A stretch of 64,000 nt of DNA from contig CAWAGZ010000002.1 of assembly GCA_963781755.1 (NCBI GenBank), positions 83,325-147,324 of the forward strand, in the 5' to 3' direction. Below, piece after piece: positions 45,813 to 55,810 of this stretch (positions are counted from its first letter, which is position 1; each line of letters begins with the position of its first letter). The position numbers were made by a program, and so were the translations under genes. The stretch is from an uncultured Acidobacteriota bacterium. Its GTDB lineage: Bacteria > Acidobacteriota > Thermoanaerobaculia > Multivoradales > JAGPDF01. Below the pieces are notes generated by a model. That model had not been told where the DNA came from. It searched no databases and saw nothing but the letters and a program-made list of their open reading frames with translations.

Positions 45813-47387
45813 GTGGAGAACCGAACCCTCTTCCCGATAGCCCGCACGCTTCGCGGACTCCGCATCGCGACGCTGCTGCTCGCCGGCGCGGGCGCCCTCG
45901 CGGCGCAAGAGCCCGGCTTCGACTGGGCGGCGCGGATCGGCGGCGCGGGCGCCGGGGACGTCGCCTGGGCCGCCGCCACCGATGCCGCCGGCAACGTCTA
46001 CGTCGCCGGCAGCTTCGGGGGCACCGTGGACTTCGACCCCGGCGCGGGAGTCCACGAGCTGACCGCGACCGTCGCCGATCCCTTCCTGGCCAGCTACGAC
46101 GCCGACGGCAACTTCCGCTGGGCCGACGCCTTCGTGGGGACCAACCTGAGCGACGAGGCCCGGGCGGTCGCGGTCGCCGGCGACGCGGTGATCGTCTGCG
46201 GCACCCACTCGAGCACGCTCGACATGGACCCGGGGCCGGGCTCGTTCCCGCTCGTCAACTCCAACCCCTCCACCTCGAACTTCTTCTGCGGCCGCTACTC
46301 CGCGGCCGACGGCGCGTTGGTCTGGGCGTTCTCGATCGGCGGCGCGGCGATCGAGCAGGCCTCGCGCGTCGCGCTCGCTCCCGGCGGCGATCTCGTCGTG
46401 GTCGGGATCTTCCAGAACACGGTCGATTTCGATCCCGGTCCGGGGAGCGCGGAGCTCACCGCCACGGTGGGCGCCGACGCCTTCTTCGCCCGCTACACCG
46501 CCGACGGGGATCTGGTCTGGGCGGAGTCCCTCCGCCAGCTCGCGACCGGCGGCTCGGGCTCCGACGAGATCGGAGGGATCGCGATCGATCCCTCGAACGG
46601 CTCGATCTACCTGGTCGGCACGCTCAGCGGCACGATGGACTTCGACCCCGGACCGGGCGAGCTCCTGCTGACCGCCTCCGGTACCGATCCCTTCCTCGCG
46701 CGCTACGACTCGGCAGGGGGCGTCCTGTGGGCCGAAGCGCTCCTCGGCTCCACCAACTCGAACCGGGCCACCGCCGCGGCGATCGGCGCCGCCGGCGAGC
46801 TCTACGTCGCCGGATTCGTCACCGGCGAGACCGATTTCGATCCCGATCCGGTCGCCACCGCGCTGCTCACCGGCCCCGGCGGCGCCGACCCCTTCCTGGC
46901 CCGCTACGAAGCGGACGGCACCTACGCCTGGGCCGGGGTGATCGGCAGCACCGGCACCGACTCCGTCGCGGACCTGCGTCGCTCGGCCGCCGGCGTGCTC
47001 ACTCTTCTGGGCGAGTACGGCGCCGAGTTCGACGCCGATCCCGGTCCGGGGACGTTCCCGCTGCCGGCGCCGATGGCCAACGTCAACGGCTTCCTGGCGC
47101 GCTACGACGCCTCCGGCGCCCTGCTCGCGGCCGGCGCCCTGCGCGAGCTCACCGGAGGCAGCAACACCGGCATCCACCCGCGCGCCCTCGACCTCGGTCC
47201 CGACCCCGGCGCGATCGCGGTCGGCTCGTTCACCTTCGAGGGCGACTTCGATCCGGGCCCGGGAGTCTTCCCGCTGACCTCCGCCGGGCTCGCCGACGCC
47301 TTCTTCCTGCGCGCCGACCCGACCCTGATCTTCGCCGACGGCTTCGAGTCCGGCGACCTCGCGCCCTGGAGCTCGGCCGTCCCCTGA
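45813..47387 (+). CDS. Secreted 7-repeat beta-propeller (SBBP-like) with C-terminal IFADGFESG tail
   Basis: Signal peptide; seven roughly 65-aa repeats with D[FMA]DP[GD]xx cores; ends IFADGFESGDLAPWSSAVP. Confidence 0.85.
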   Translation: MENRTLFPIARTLRGLRIATLLLAGAGALAAQEPGFDWAARIGGAGAGDVAWAAATDAAGNVYVAGSFGGTVDFDPGAGVHELTATVADPFLASYDADGNFRWADAFVGTNLSDEARAVAVAGDAVIVCGTHSSTLDMDPGPGSFPLVNSNPSTSNFFCGRYSAADGALVWAFSIGGAAIEQASRVALAPGGDLVVVGIFQNTVDFDPGPGSAELTATVGADAFFARYTADGDLVWAESLRQLATGGSGSDEIGGIAIDPSNGSIYLVGTLSGTMDFDPGPGELLLTASGTDPFLARYDSAGGVLWAEALLGSTNSNRATAAAIGAAGELYVAGFVTGETDFDPDPVATALLTGPGGADPFLARYEADGTYAWAGVIGSTGTDSVADLRRSAAGVLTLLGEYGAEFDADPGPGTFPLPAPMANVNGFLARYDASGALLAAGALRELTGGSNTGIHPRALDLGPDPGAIAVGSFTFEGDFDPGPGVFPLTSAGLADAFFLRADPTLIFADGFESGDLAPWSSAVP

Positions 47388-47403
47388 CCTGGAGACCTCG
47401 ATC

Positions 47404-48473
47404 ATGACTCCGATTCCTCGTGGCCTTTCCGCCCTCGCCCTCTCGGCAGCGATCGCAGGGGCCTCAGCTGCCCGCGCCGACATCTTCTGCGTCGAGACCG
47501 CGAGCCAGCTCGAGGGCGCCCTGATCGCCGCCGGACTCAACCACCAGGACGACGAGATCCGCATCCGCCCGGGCACGTACGTCGCGCCCCAGCCGGTCGG
47601 CTTCGACTACTCGCCGGGACTCGATGACGAGAACCGGGGGCTCGTGATCTCGGGAGGCTGGTCGCAGGGTTGCTCTCGACTATCGGGCCACGCGACGGAG
47701 ACGGTGCTCCAGGGCAGCGCCGACCTCCGTGCCTTGCTGCTCTTCGCCGGCTCCCAGCCGGAGCTCTTCACGATCCGGCTCCTCACCATCACCGGCGCGA
47801 CCAACGTCCCTGGCGTGGTGGTGATCTTCAGTGACACGGCCGCCGGATCGGGAGTGACGATCGACCGGGTCATCTTCCGGGACAACCAGTACACCGCTCT
47901 CTTCGTGTCGATGATCTGGACGCCGGTTCGCCTCACCGGCTGTCTCTTCCACCACAACGACATCGCCACCTCGTCGGGCGCCGCCGCGGTGATCCAGGCG
48001 ACCCACAACGACGTGGAAGTCTTCAACAACACCTTCACCGACAACACGGTCTCGGGCCTGGGTGTCGTGGCAGGGCTGCGCCTGGAGAGCAGCGACCCGC
48101 AGAACATGTACCTCGTCAACAACATCTTCTGGGGCAACGAGAACGTGGACGTGCTGGTTCCCGACAACACGCATCTCTTCTCGTACAACGACTACGGCGT
48201 CGCCGTGGGCGGCTTCCTGGGCTCGCAGAACCTGCAGGTCGACCCTCTCTTCCAGGACCCGGGCAGCGAGGACTACCGTCTCCGCTCCAATTCTCCCCTG
48301 ATCGACGCCGGCGACGACTCTGGATCCGGGTATCCAATACATCGACCTGCTGCGCACGCCGCGCCCGCGGGGGGCGAGCTGGGAGATCGGCGCCCTACGA
48401 GTTCTGGCCGCCGATCTTCGCCGATGGCTTCGAGAACGGGACCACGGGGCGTTGGAGCTCGACCGTTCCCTGA
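47404..48473 (+). CDS. Secreted right-handed beta-helix / choice-of-anchor-Q-like protein with IFADGFE tail; two apparent indels near the 3' end
   Basis: NNTFTDN, NNIFWGN, DPLF...DYRLRSNSPLIDAG. Frame-corrected end IDLLRTPRP...EIGAYEFWPPIFADGFENGTTGRWSSTVP, TGA at 48471-48473. Confidence 0.8.
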
Positions 48474-48488
48474 CCTGGAGGCCCCGAC

Positions 48489-49577
48489 ATGACCACCACC
48501 CTTCGTCGCCGACTTCCTGTTCCCGCCCTTCTCCTCCTGGCCTGGACCACCTCCCACGTGGCCCGCGCCGCGACCTTCTGCGTCGAGACCCGGGACCAGC
48601 TCGAGGGCGCCCTGATCGCGGCCGGGCTGAACCAGGAGAGCGACGAGATCCGGGTCCGTCCCGGCGTCTACCTGGCGCCGCAGCCCAACGGCTTCGACTA
48701 CCTCCCGACCGGCAACGCGATCCACTACTCCGTCACCCTCACGGGCGGTTGGTCGGCCTCGTGCACCCGGGCCACCCACGACGCCCGGCTCACCGTGCTG
48801 TTCGGGAACCTGAACGGTCCGGTGCTGCGCTTCCGCACCCCGGAGGGGACGATGCGGGTGCGCGACCTGACCCTGCAGGGCGGCTTCGTCGCCAGCGGCG
48901 TCCACGGCGCCGGCCTCCACATCGACCACACCAGCGGCTTCGGCCCGGCCGTGGAGATCGAGCGGGTGATCTTCCGCGACAACCAGGGCTACGCCGCGCT
49001 CTACGTCCAGACCAAGGGTGCGATGCTGCTCACCGGCAGCCTGTTCCACTCCAACCTGATCGACGGCACCGGCAGCGGCGCGGCCAACCTGATCAGCGAG
49101 AGCGTCAACGACCCCCGGATCACCAACAACACCTTCGCCGGCAACACGACCACGGGCTCGTCGCCGATCGGTGGGCTGCGATTGGACAACTCCGCGGCGG
49201 CCGACCCCGGCGCCAACGTCACCAACAACATCTTCTGGGGCAACGACCACTTCGACTTCCTGGTGATCGGGCACGCCGAGCCCTTCCAGTACAACGACCT
49301 GGGCAACGGCTCGGGCAGCTACACCGGGGCGAACAACACCTTCGTCGATCCGCTCTTCCTCGATCCGGCCGAGGACGACTACCGGCTGCGCTTCGACTCT
49401 CCGATGATCGACAGCGGCTCGAACACCGCCGCCTCGCTGCCCGACCTCGATCTGCTGGGCGTGGCACGGCCGCAGAACGGCACCTACGACCGGGGCGCCT
49501 ACGAGTACCGCCCCCCGATCTTCTCGGGCGACTTCGAGAGCGGCGACGCCTCGGCCTGGAGCGTGGTCCAGCCCTGA
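48489..49577 (+). CDS. Paralogous secreted beta-helix / choice-of-anchor-Q-like protein with IFSGDFESG tail
   Basis: N-terminus closely similar to the previous gene; DPLF...DYRLRFDSPMIDSG...DRGAYE; ends IFSGDFESGDASAWSVVQP. Confidence 0.85.
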   Translation: MTTTLRRRLPVPALLLLAWTTSHVARAATFCVETRDQLEGALIAAGLNQESDEIRVRPGVYLAPQPNGFDYLPTGNAIHYSVTLTGGWSASCTRATHDARLTVLFGNLNGPVLRFRTPEGTMRVRDLTLQGGFVASGVHGAGLHIDHTSGFGPAVEIERVIFRDNQGYAALYVQTKGAMLLTGSLFHSNLIDGTGSGAANLISESVNDPRITNNTFAGNTTTGSSPIGGLRLDNSAAADPGANVTNNIFWGNDHFDFLVIGHAEPFQYNDLGNGSGSYTGANNTFVDPLFLDPAEDDYRLRFDSPMIDSGSNTAASLPDLDLLGVARPQNGTYDRGAYEYRPPIFSGDFESGDASAWSVVQP

Positions 49578-49602
49578 CGCCCCGCGTTGCTAGGCTGGGC
49601 GG

Positions 49603-52600
49603 GTGATCCGCCGAGCGTCGGTCGTGGCGCTGGCCCTGGTCGCCGCGGCGGCCGCGGCCGAGCGGCTGCCGGTGCGCGCCTGGGGCGCCGCCGACGGCCT
49701 GGGGCACGACCACGTCCGCTGCGCGCTGCGCGACTCTCAGGGCTTCCTCTGGTTCGGTACGGCGCTCGGCGTCAGCCGCTTCGACGGCGAGCGCTTCCGG
49801 CGCTTCGGCGTCGCCGACGGCCTGCCCGGCGCCCGGGTCCACGCGCTGGCGCAGACCGCCGACGGCAGCCTCTGGGCGGCGACCGAGCGCGGCCTGGCGC
49901 GGTTGGCTCCGGCGCCGGTGGCCACGGCGCCGCGCTTCGAAAGCGTCCCGCTTCCCGACCGGCCGGAGGCGGTCGGCGTGCGCGCTCTGCTCGTGGACTC
50001 CGACGGCTCGCTGCTGGCCGGAACCGAGCGGGGGCTGGTGCGGGTGCGCTGGACCGGCACCGGCGAGATCGAGGCGGAGGCGGTCGAGCCCTGCGACGGC
50101 GTCCGGTTCGACGTCCGCGCCCTGACCCGCGACGCGCGCGGCAAGCTCTGGATCGGCGGCGCCGACGGACGGTTGGTGGGCGGATCCGGAGACGGTTGCC
50201 GGAGCCTCGAGCTGGCGGCTCCCGGCCAGTGGATCCGCGCCCTGGCGGTCGACCGGAGAGGCCGGCTCTGGATCGGGTCCGACGCCGGCCTCGCGCGACT
50301 CGACGATCCCGGCGCGGCGGGACCGGTCCGGCGCATCGGCCCGGCCGAAGGGGTCGCCGCGAACCGCGTGCGCTCGCTCCACGAGGATCCGGACGGAGTG
50401 CTCTGGATCGGAGCCGTCGGTGGCCTCTACCGCGGCGACGGCGAGCGCTTCGAGCGCTACACCGTCGCCGACGGCCTGCCCGACGAGACGGTCAACGGCT
50501 TCGCGCGCGATCGCAACGGCCGGCTCTGGCTGGCCACGGACAGCGCCGGCGCGGTGCGGCTGCTCGAGGACGGCTTCGTCAGTTACGACCGCGCCGACGG
50601 GCTCGGCCACCCTTCGGTCTCGAACCTGTTCGAGGACCGCGACGGAGCGCTGGTCGTCGGCGGCGAGGTCGGCGGGTGGATCTCGCGGCGCGCCGGCAGC
50701 CGCTTCGAGGGACTGCAGCCGAAGCTGCCGGCGGCGCTCGCGGCGCGGGTCGCGGGCTCGGTCACCTGGGCGCTCGAGGACCACGCCGGCGAATGGTGGC
50801 TGGCCACCGTCGGCGGGCTCGTCCGCTACGCGCGGCCGGCGCGCTTCGGCGACCTCGCCCGCACCGCGCCGCTCGCGGTGTGGGGAACCGGCCGCGGCCT
50901 GCCCGCCGACTGGTGCTATCGCCTGTTCGAGACCGGCTCGGGGGAGCTCTGGGTCGCCACCGACCGCGGCGACGACGGTGACACCCTGGCGCGCATCGCC
51001 GCCGACCGCCGTGGCGTCGAGCGCTTCGGTCCGGCCTCCGGCCTGCCCGGCCGTGGCGGCGCCTCGAGCTTCGCCGAGTCGCCGGACGGCGGCCTCTGGG
51101 TGGGCTGGAGCGACGGCTCGCTGCTGCGCTTCGAGGGTGGCCGATTCCGCCGGGTCGGCGGCCCCGACGGCTACCCGGTCCAGGACCTGCTGTCCGGCCC
51201 CGACGGTCTCTGGCTGGCCACGGGCGGCGCCGGCCTGGGCCGGCTGGGGCCGGACGGAGTGGACGGAGCGCGCAGCGGCGGCCCGGTCCCGGCCGGACCG
51301 CCGGAGCTCGCCCACGCCGATATCCGGGCCCTCGCCCGGGGTGCCGACGGCATTCTCTGGATCGCCACCACGGAGGGGGTCTTCCGCTGGCGCACCGGCG
51401 ACGAGCGCGCCCGCCGTTTCACCGGCGCCGAGGGGCTGGCCGGCCTCGAGGCGACCGCCGTCCACGTCGACCGGAGCGGAGCGGTCTGGGTCGGCACCTA
51501 CAACGGGCTGTCGCGCAGGAGCGGCGAGACGCGGCGCTCGGCGCCGCCGCCGACCCCGCTGTGGATCCGCTCGCTCGAGATCGACGGCGCGGTGGTGCCG
51601 GTGTCGCCGCTCGGCCAGGACCGACTGGGACCGCTGAGCCTCGGCGCCGGCCGTCACCGGCTGCGCATCGGCCTGCTCGGCCTGGCTTTCGGCCCGGGCG
51701 AGTCGCTGCGCGTGCGCTACCGGCTGGTCGGCCTCGACTCGACCTGGAGCGCCCCGGCGGAAGCCACCTCGCTGACCTTCGGCGGGATCGGCGCCGGCCG
51801 CTACCGGTTCGAGGCGGTGGCGGCGGGCGCCGGCTCCGCGGCGCGCCCCGCGGTCATCGAATGGCTCGTCCCGCCGCCCCTCTGGCAGCGCGGCTGGTTC
51901 CTCGGCCTGATCGCGCTGGCGGTCGCCGCGGCCGGAGTCGGCGGCCACCGTCTGCGGGTGGCGCGCCTGCTCGAGGTCGAGCGCGTCCGCAGCCGCATCG
52001 CGGGCGACCTGCACGACGATCTCTCGGCCAACCTGACCCGGATCTCCATCCTCTCCGAGGTCGCCCGGCGCGGCCTTCCCGGCGACGGCGCCGAGCGCGT
52101 CGCGCCGCTGCTGACCGAGATCGGCGAGGGCGCCCGCGACCTGCTCGACTCGACCCGCGACCTGGTCTGGGCGATCGACCCGCGCGAGGAGACGCTGGCC
52201 GCGCTCGTCGCGCGCCTGCGCTCCTTCCTCGCGGGCCTGCTCGACGCCACCGAAGTGGCGTGGCGGCTGACCACGAGCGGCGAGCCGGCCGCGGTCCATC
52301 TCGGACCCGAGGCGCGCCGCCATCTCCTGCTGCTGCTCAAGGAGGCGGTCCACAACGCGATCCGGCACGGCCGGCCGGGGCGTCTCGAAGTGCGCCTCGA
52401 CGCCGGCCCGGAGGGGCTGCACGCGACGATCGAGGACGACGGTCGCGGCTTCGACGCGGACGCGTTGCTCAGCTCGGGCGGGCTCGGGCGGGGCCTGCGC
52501 GGCATGGAGCAACGGGCGCGCGCCCTGGGCGGCCGCCTGCGGGTCGAATCCCGGCCCGGAGTGGGTACCTGTGTCCGGCTGGAAGCCGCGCTGCCGGTGA

Positions 52601-52656
52601 GGCGCACGGATGTGCGCTCCTTCTCGCGCCGCCGATCGGAGAGACTGGGACGATGA
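49603..52656 (+). CDS. Periplasmic beta-propeller (Reg_prop/Y_Y_Y) sensor histidine kinase, HisKA_3 type
   Basis: Repeated DxxGxLW blades; YRLVG...GRYRFEA; TM helix; RIAGDLHDDL, KEAVHNAIRH, DDGRG, GRGLRGM. Confidence 0.93.
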   Translation: MIRRASVVALALVAAAAAAERLPVRAWGAADGLGHDHVRCALRDSQGFLWFGTALGVSRFDGERFRRFGVADGLPGARVHALAQTADGSLWAATERGLARLAPAPVATAPRFESVPLPDRPEAVGVRALLVDSDGSLLAGTERGLVRVRWTGTGEIEAEAVEPCDGVRFDVRALTRDARGKLWIGGADGRLVGGSGDGCRSLELAAPGQWIRALAVDRRGRLWIGSDAGLARLDDPGAAGPVRRIGPAEGVAANRVRSLHEDPDGVLWIGAVGGLYRGDGERFERYTVADGLPDETVNGFARDRNGRLWLATDSAGAVRLLEDGFVSYDRADGLGHPSVSNLFEDRDGALVVGGEVGGWISRRAGSRFEGLQPKLPAALAARVAGSVTWALEDHAGEWWLATVGGLVRYARPARFGDLARTAPLAVWGTGRGLPADWCYRLFETGSGELWVATDRGDDGDTLARIAADRRGVERFGPASGLPGRGGASSFAESPDGGLWVGWSDGSLLRFEGGRFRRVGGPDGYPVQDLLSGPDGLWLATGGAGLGRLGPDGVDGARSGGPVPAGPPELAHADIRALARGADGILWIATTEGVFRWRTGDERARRFTGAEGLAGLEATAVHVDRSGAVWVGTYNGLSRRSGETRRSAPPPTPLWIRSLEIDGAVVPVSPLGQDRLGPLSLGAGRHRLRIGLLGLAFGPGESLRVRYRLVGLDSTWSAPAEATSLTFGGIGAGRYRFEAVAAGAGSAARPAVIEWLVPPPLWQRGWFLGLIALAVAAAGVGGHRLRVARLLEVERVRSRIAGDLHDDLSANLTRISILSEVARRGLPGDGAERVAPLLTEIGEGARDLLDSTRDLVWAIDPREETLAALVARLRSFLAGLLDATEVAWRLTTSGEPAAVHLGPEARRHLLLLLKEAVHNAIRHGRPGRLEVRLDAGPEGLHATIEDDGRGFDADALLSSGGLGRGLRGMEQRARALGGRLRVESRPGVGTCVRLEAALPVRRTDVRSFSRRRSERLGR
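52602..52646 (+). promoter_or_regulatory. Palindrome GCGCAC-N4-GTGCGC copy 3 with downstream GAGACT (internal promoter of the response regulator)
   Basis: GCGCACGGATGTGCGCTCC inside the kinase 3' end; hexamer at 52641-52646, 6 nt before ATG 52653. Confidence 0.6.
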
Positions 52657-53315
52657 ATCCGGAACCCTCCGCGGCGCGGCCCCTGGCCGTCGCCATCGTC
52701 GAGGACGACCGCGGCACGCGCGAGGGTCTGGCGATGCTCGCCGGCGGCACGCCGGGCTACCTCTGCGTCGGCAGTTGGGGTTCGGTCGAGGAGGCGCTGC
52801 ATGCCGCCGTGGCCTCGCCGCCGCTGGTCATCCTGCTCGACATCGACCTGCCGGGCGTGCCCGGATCGGAGGGGGTCGCGAAGCTGCGCGAGCGCTTCCC
52901 GGAAGCGACCGTGATCATGCTCACCGTCTACGACGGCGAAGACCAGGTCTTTCTCTCGATCCTGAACGGCGCCAGCGGTTACCTGCTCAAGAGCACGCCT
53001 CCGGCGCGGCTGCTCGAAGCGATCGGCGAGGCCGCCGCCGGCGGCGCGCCGATGACGCCGATCGTCGCCCAACGGGTGCTCGGAATGCTGCGCGGCGGCT
53101 CGCCGCCGCCGGCGCGCTCGAGAGTGGAGCTCACGGCGCCGCAACGACGGCTGCTCGAGCTGCTCGCCGACGGCCACGGCTATCGCGCGGCGGCGGCCGA
53201 GATGGGGATCAGCACCAACACCGTCCGCAATCACGTCCGCGCGGTCTACGACAAGCTCCACGTGCACTCGAAGAACGAGGCCGTCGCCCGCGCCCTGCGC
53301 GCCGGCCTGATTTGA
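52653..53315 (+). CDS. NarL/FixJ family response regulator
   Basis: IVEDD, LLDIDLPG, GYLLK, ISTNTVRNHVRAVYDKLHV. Confidence 0.95.
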   Translation: MNPEPSAARPLAVAIVEDDRGTREGLAMLAGGTPGYLCVGSWGSVEEALHAAVASPPLVILLDIDLPGVPGSEGVAKLRERFPEATVIMLTVYDGEDQVFLSILNGASGYLLKSTPPARLLEAIGEAAAGGAPMTPIVAQRVLGMLRGGSPPPARSRVELTAPQRRLLELLADGHGYRAAAAEMGISTNTVRNHVRAVYDKLHVHSKNEAVARALRAGLI

Positions 53316-53341
53316 GACGGCGTCGGGCGGCGCGGCCCAGG

Positions 53342-54281
53342 TGTGACTGCTCAATAGGTTGTTCACCCGGACTGCTGTGGCAGGCTGGCTTTGTCGAGAA
53401 GTCGGCCGACCACGGAGGCAGCCCGGATGAACCTGCATAGAAGAGCAAAGACTGGCCCTGAAAGTCGAGCGTTGCTGGCACGTCGGGTCTTGGAGGAGGC
53501 CTGGTCCATGGACCAGGCCTCGCGCGCGGCGGGGGTCAGCCGCCAGACCGCTCGCAAGTGGGTGAACCGCTTTGCCACAGAAGGGGAAGCGGGGCTGCAG
53601 GACCGCTCCTCGAGGCCCCGGCGCTCGCCCCGGCGGTTGGCCGCGGACCGTGCGCAGCTGCTCGTGGAGCTGCGGCGCAAACACCACTTGACCGCCCAGG
53701 CCCTGGCCGAGCTGACCGGGATCTCGCGGGCGACGGTGGGCCGGGTGCTGCGTCGGCACGGGCTTTCGCGGGCCCGGGACCTGGAGCCCAAGCCCGTGGT
53801 GCGGCGCTACGAGCGGGCGGCTCCGAGCGAGCTGATCCACCTCGACATCAAGAAGCTGGGCCGGATCCAAGGTGTGGGTCATCGCATCCACGGCGACGTG
53901 AGCATCCGTAGCCGGGGCATCGGCTAGGAGTTCGTTTACGCTGCCATCGACGACTTCAGCCGTCTGACCTATCTGGAGATCTTGCCCGACGAACGCGGAG
54001 CCACGGTGGCGGGCCTTCTGCGCCGGGCCCTGGCCCGGCACCGGGAGCGCGGCATCCAGGCCCGCTGCATCCTCAACGACAATGCCTCGGGCTAGATCTC
54101 CAGGGTCTTCGCCCGGCTGTGCACCGGGGAGAAACTTCGCCACCTGCGCACCAAGCTCTACACGCCCCGCACCAGCGGCAAGGCCGAGGGCGGCGTGCCT
54201 CGGGTTCCGCGGGGCGGCCTCGGAGGCTCGCGGACTTCTCGGCAGAGCCCGCCTGGAACGGCGGTCCGGGTGAAGAAACTG
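53342..54281 (+). mobile_element. Decayed IS481-family element
   Basis: Left end TGTGACTGCTCAATAGGTTGTTCACCCGGAC; partial inverted copy GTCCGGGTGAA at about 54264; transposase remnant inside. Confidence 0.75.
53427..54190 (+). pseudogene. IS481-family transposase pseudogene
   Basis: HTH (VSRQTARKWVNRF), LIHLDIKKLGRI, G*EFVYAAIDDFSR, DNASG*, YTPRTSGKAE then loss of similarity; two in-frame TAG stops. Confidence 0.9.
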
Positions 54282-54437
54282 CGGTGGCCGCCGGCGACCT
54301 GTCCTAAACCGAGCGGCGACGCTGTTGTGGTAGCTGGTACCCGTCGAGTCGTCTGACCCTGCTTCCGGCGAGAGCACGCAGGAAACCTGTGAAGCCCACG
54401 TCGGTCCTTGATGAAGGTCACAGCCTGGAGGTGAACC

Positions 54438-55484
54438 GTGTCACTGGACACCCGTCCTTCTCCTCATCGGGAAAGATCTGCCAAGCCAGGGCCTGACATC
54501 CATCCGGGCAGGAGCCTGCGCTTCACCTGGCTCGCACTCGCAATCGCCTCGTCGGTGGCTCTTCCGGCGTTGGCGGACGACGCAGGGTGCGTCTGGAAGA
54601 CGACCGACATCATCGACACGCGGATCGACATCGGCGCTCAGCAGGCGCTCTTCCACATGATGAGCTCCGGCCCGCCCGACAGCAAGATCGCGTCGGCGAT
54701 GATCGGGGCGGTCAAGGACGGAACGCTCGCGGGCATCCTGCTGCCCCCGCGCCAAGCCGTGGCGAAGAGGTCCGCCCGCATGGCGCCGCCGCGCGGCTAT
54801 TGGGAGCTGTTGGACGGTCACAGCTCCGTCTGTCTACTCGAGCCCGAAGGCGAGCCACCGATGCTCGTATACCGCGAAGGAATGGAGCGCGACGCGATCG
54901 TGGACGCTCTCGAGGATGCGTGGCCGCAGTGTGGATTGTCCACGCCGGATCCGCCGTGCGGCTACAGCGTCGACGCCTGGAAGCCGGACAGCGAATGCGA
55001 CAGCGACCAAGCTTGCGTGGACAAGGGGCTGGGCTGGAAGTGCCTGGATCACCGTTGCGTCGACTGCGAGACCAGCGCCGAGTGCCAGGCCGACGACCGT
55101 GGCAACGTCTGTACCGCCGACCATCGCTGCGTCTACTCGTTCGAGGGCGGGGACATCGGACCCGACGGAGGCTCGAAGGAGCCCGACTGCTGGTACGACG
55201 CCAACTGTCGCGAAGGGTGGACCTGCACCAATGGGCGTTGCATCCCACCCGACGCCCCTGAGCATCGATGCTACGAGCGAGCGCAGGCCGAGTATCGACA
55301 GGAAGACAAGAAGTGCGAGGACGACGAGGCACCGCGCTTGGTCGAGTGCGCGGCCGAGAACTGGTCCGATCCGGTACCGCTCGCCAAGTGCCTGCACGAC
55401 TCCTACGACGAGAAGACCGAGTGCAAGAAGGGCGCCTTCCGAAAGTTCGAAGAAGAGAAGAAGGATTGCTATGGCTCTTCGTAG
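54438..55484 (+). CDS. Secreted cysteine-rich protein
   Basis: Signal peptide ending ALPALA; Cx5C...Cx4C repeats (CDSDQAC, CETSAEC, CWYDANC); Cys-spaced helical C-terminus. Confidence 0.75.
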   Translation: MSLDTRPSPHRERSAKPGPDIHPGRSLRFTWLALAIASSVALPALADDAGCVWKTTDIIDTRIDIGAQQALFHMMSSGPPDSKIASAMIGAVKDGTLAGILLPPRQAVAKRSARMAPPRGYWELLDGHSSVCLLEPEGEPPMLVYREGMERDAIVDALEDAWPQCGLSTPDPPCGYSVDAWKPDSECDSDQACVDKGLGWKCLDHRCVDCETSAECQADDRGNVCTADHRCVYSFEGGDIGPDGGSKEPDCWYDANCREGWTCTNGRCIPPDAPEHRCYERAQAEYRQEDKKCEDDEAPRLVECAAENWSDPVPLAKCLHDSYDEKTECKKGAFRKFEEEKKDCYGSS

Positions 55485-55810
55485 ATCACTTTGCGTCGAT
55501 TGTCTCTGGCTGGCGAGCGCGGCTCCGGCCTTGCGAGCCCAGAACTTCAGTGGGCTCCTGGGCGAGGAGCTGCGTCTCTCGAGTGACCTCGAGTCCGGGC
55601 TGACGTCGCTCTTCACCGGCGCTCTCACCGGCAGCCAGGGTCGCATCGAGCGCGTCGTGGTCACCGACGACCGGGAGCAGCTCCTGGTCGTGCGGGTCAG
55701 CTACCGCGAACTCGCCGGGCGTCGTCTGGTCGGCGCGCCGCAGGCGGAGCACGGTCACGGTCAACCCGAGTTGAATCGCGCGAGCGCCGATCTCGAGATG
55801 GCGACGGTGA
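55471..55810 (+). other. Probable 5' fragment of another exported protein gene
   Basis: ATG overlapping the previous gene end; MALRRSL...AAPALRAQNFSG signal-like; coding-like until about 55800, then runs into the next gene. Confidence 0.35.

Noticed and set aside
46020-47270. Recurring GACTTCGACCCCGG-like DNA repeats as a CRISPR or mobile repeat
   Set aside because: They are the coding repeats of propeller blades, in frame and degenerate; no cas genes are present.
45813-49577. IFADGFE-tail proteins as substrates of the neighbouring sortase
   Set aside because: They lack an LPxxG motif, TM helix and basic tail; the sortase has its own adjacent target.
53925-54095. Two in-frame TAG codons in the IS481 transposase as possible amber recoding
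   Set aside because: They replace different expected residues (Trp and Tyr), the gene is also truncated and degenerate, and TAG is used as a normal stop elsewhere in the window.
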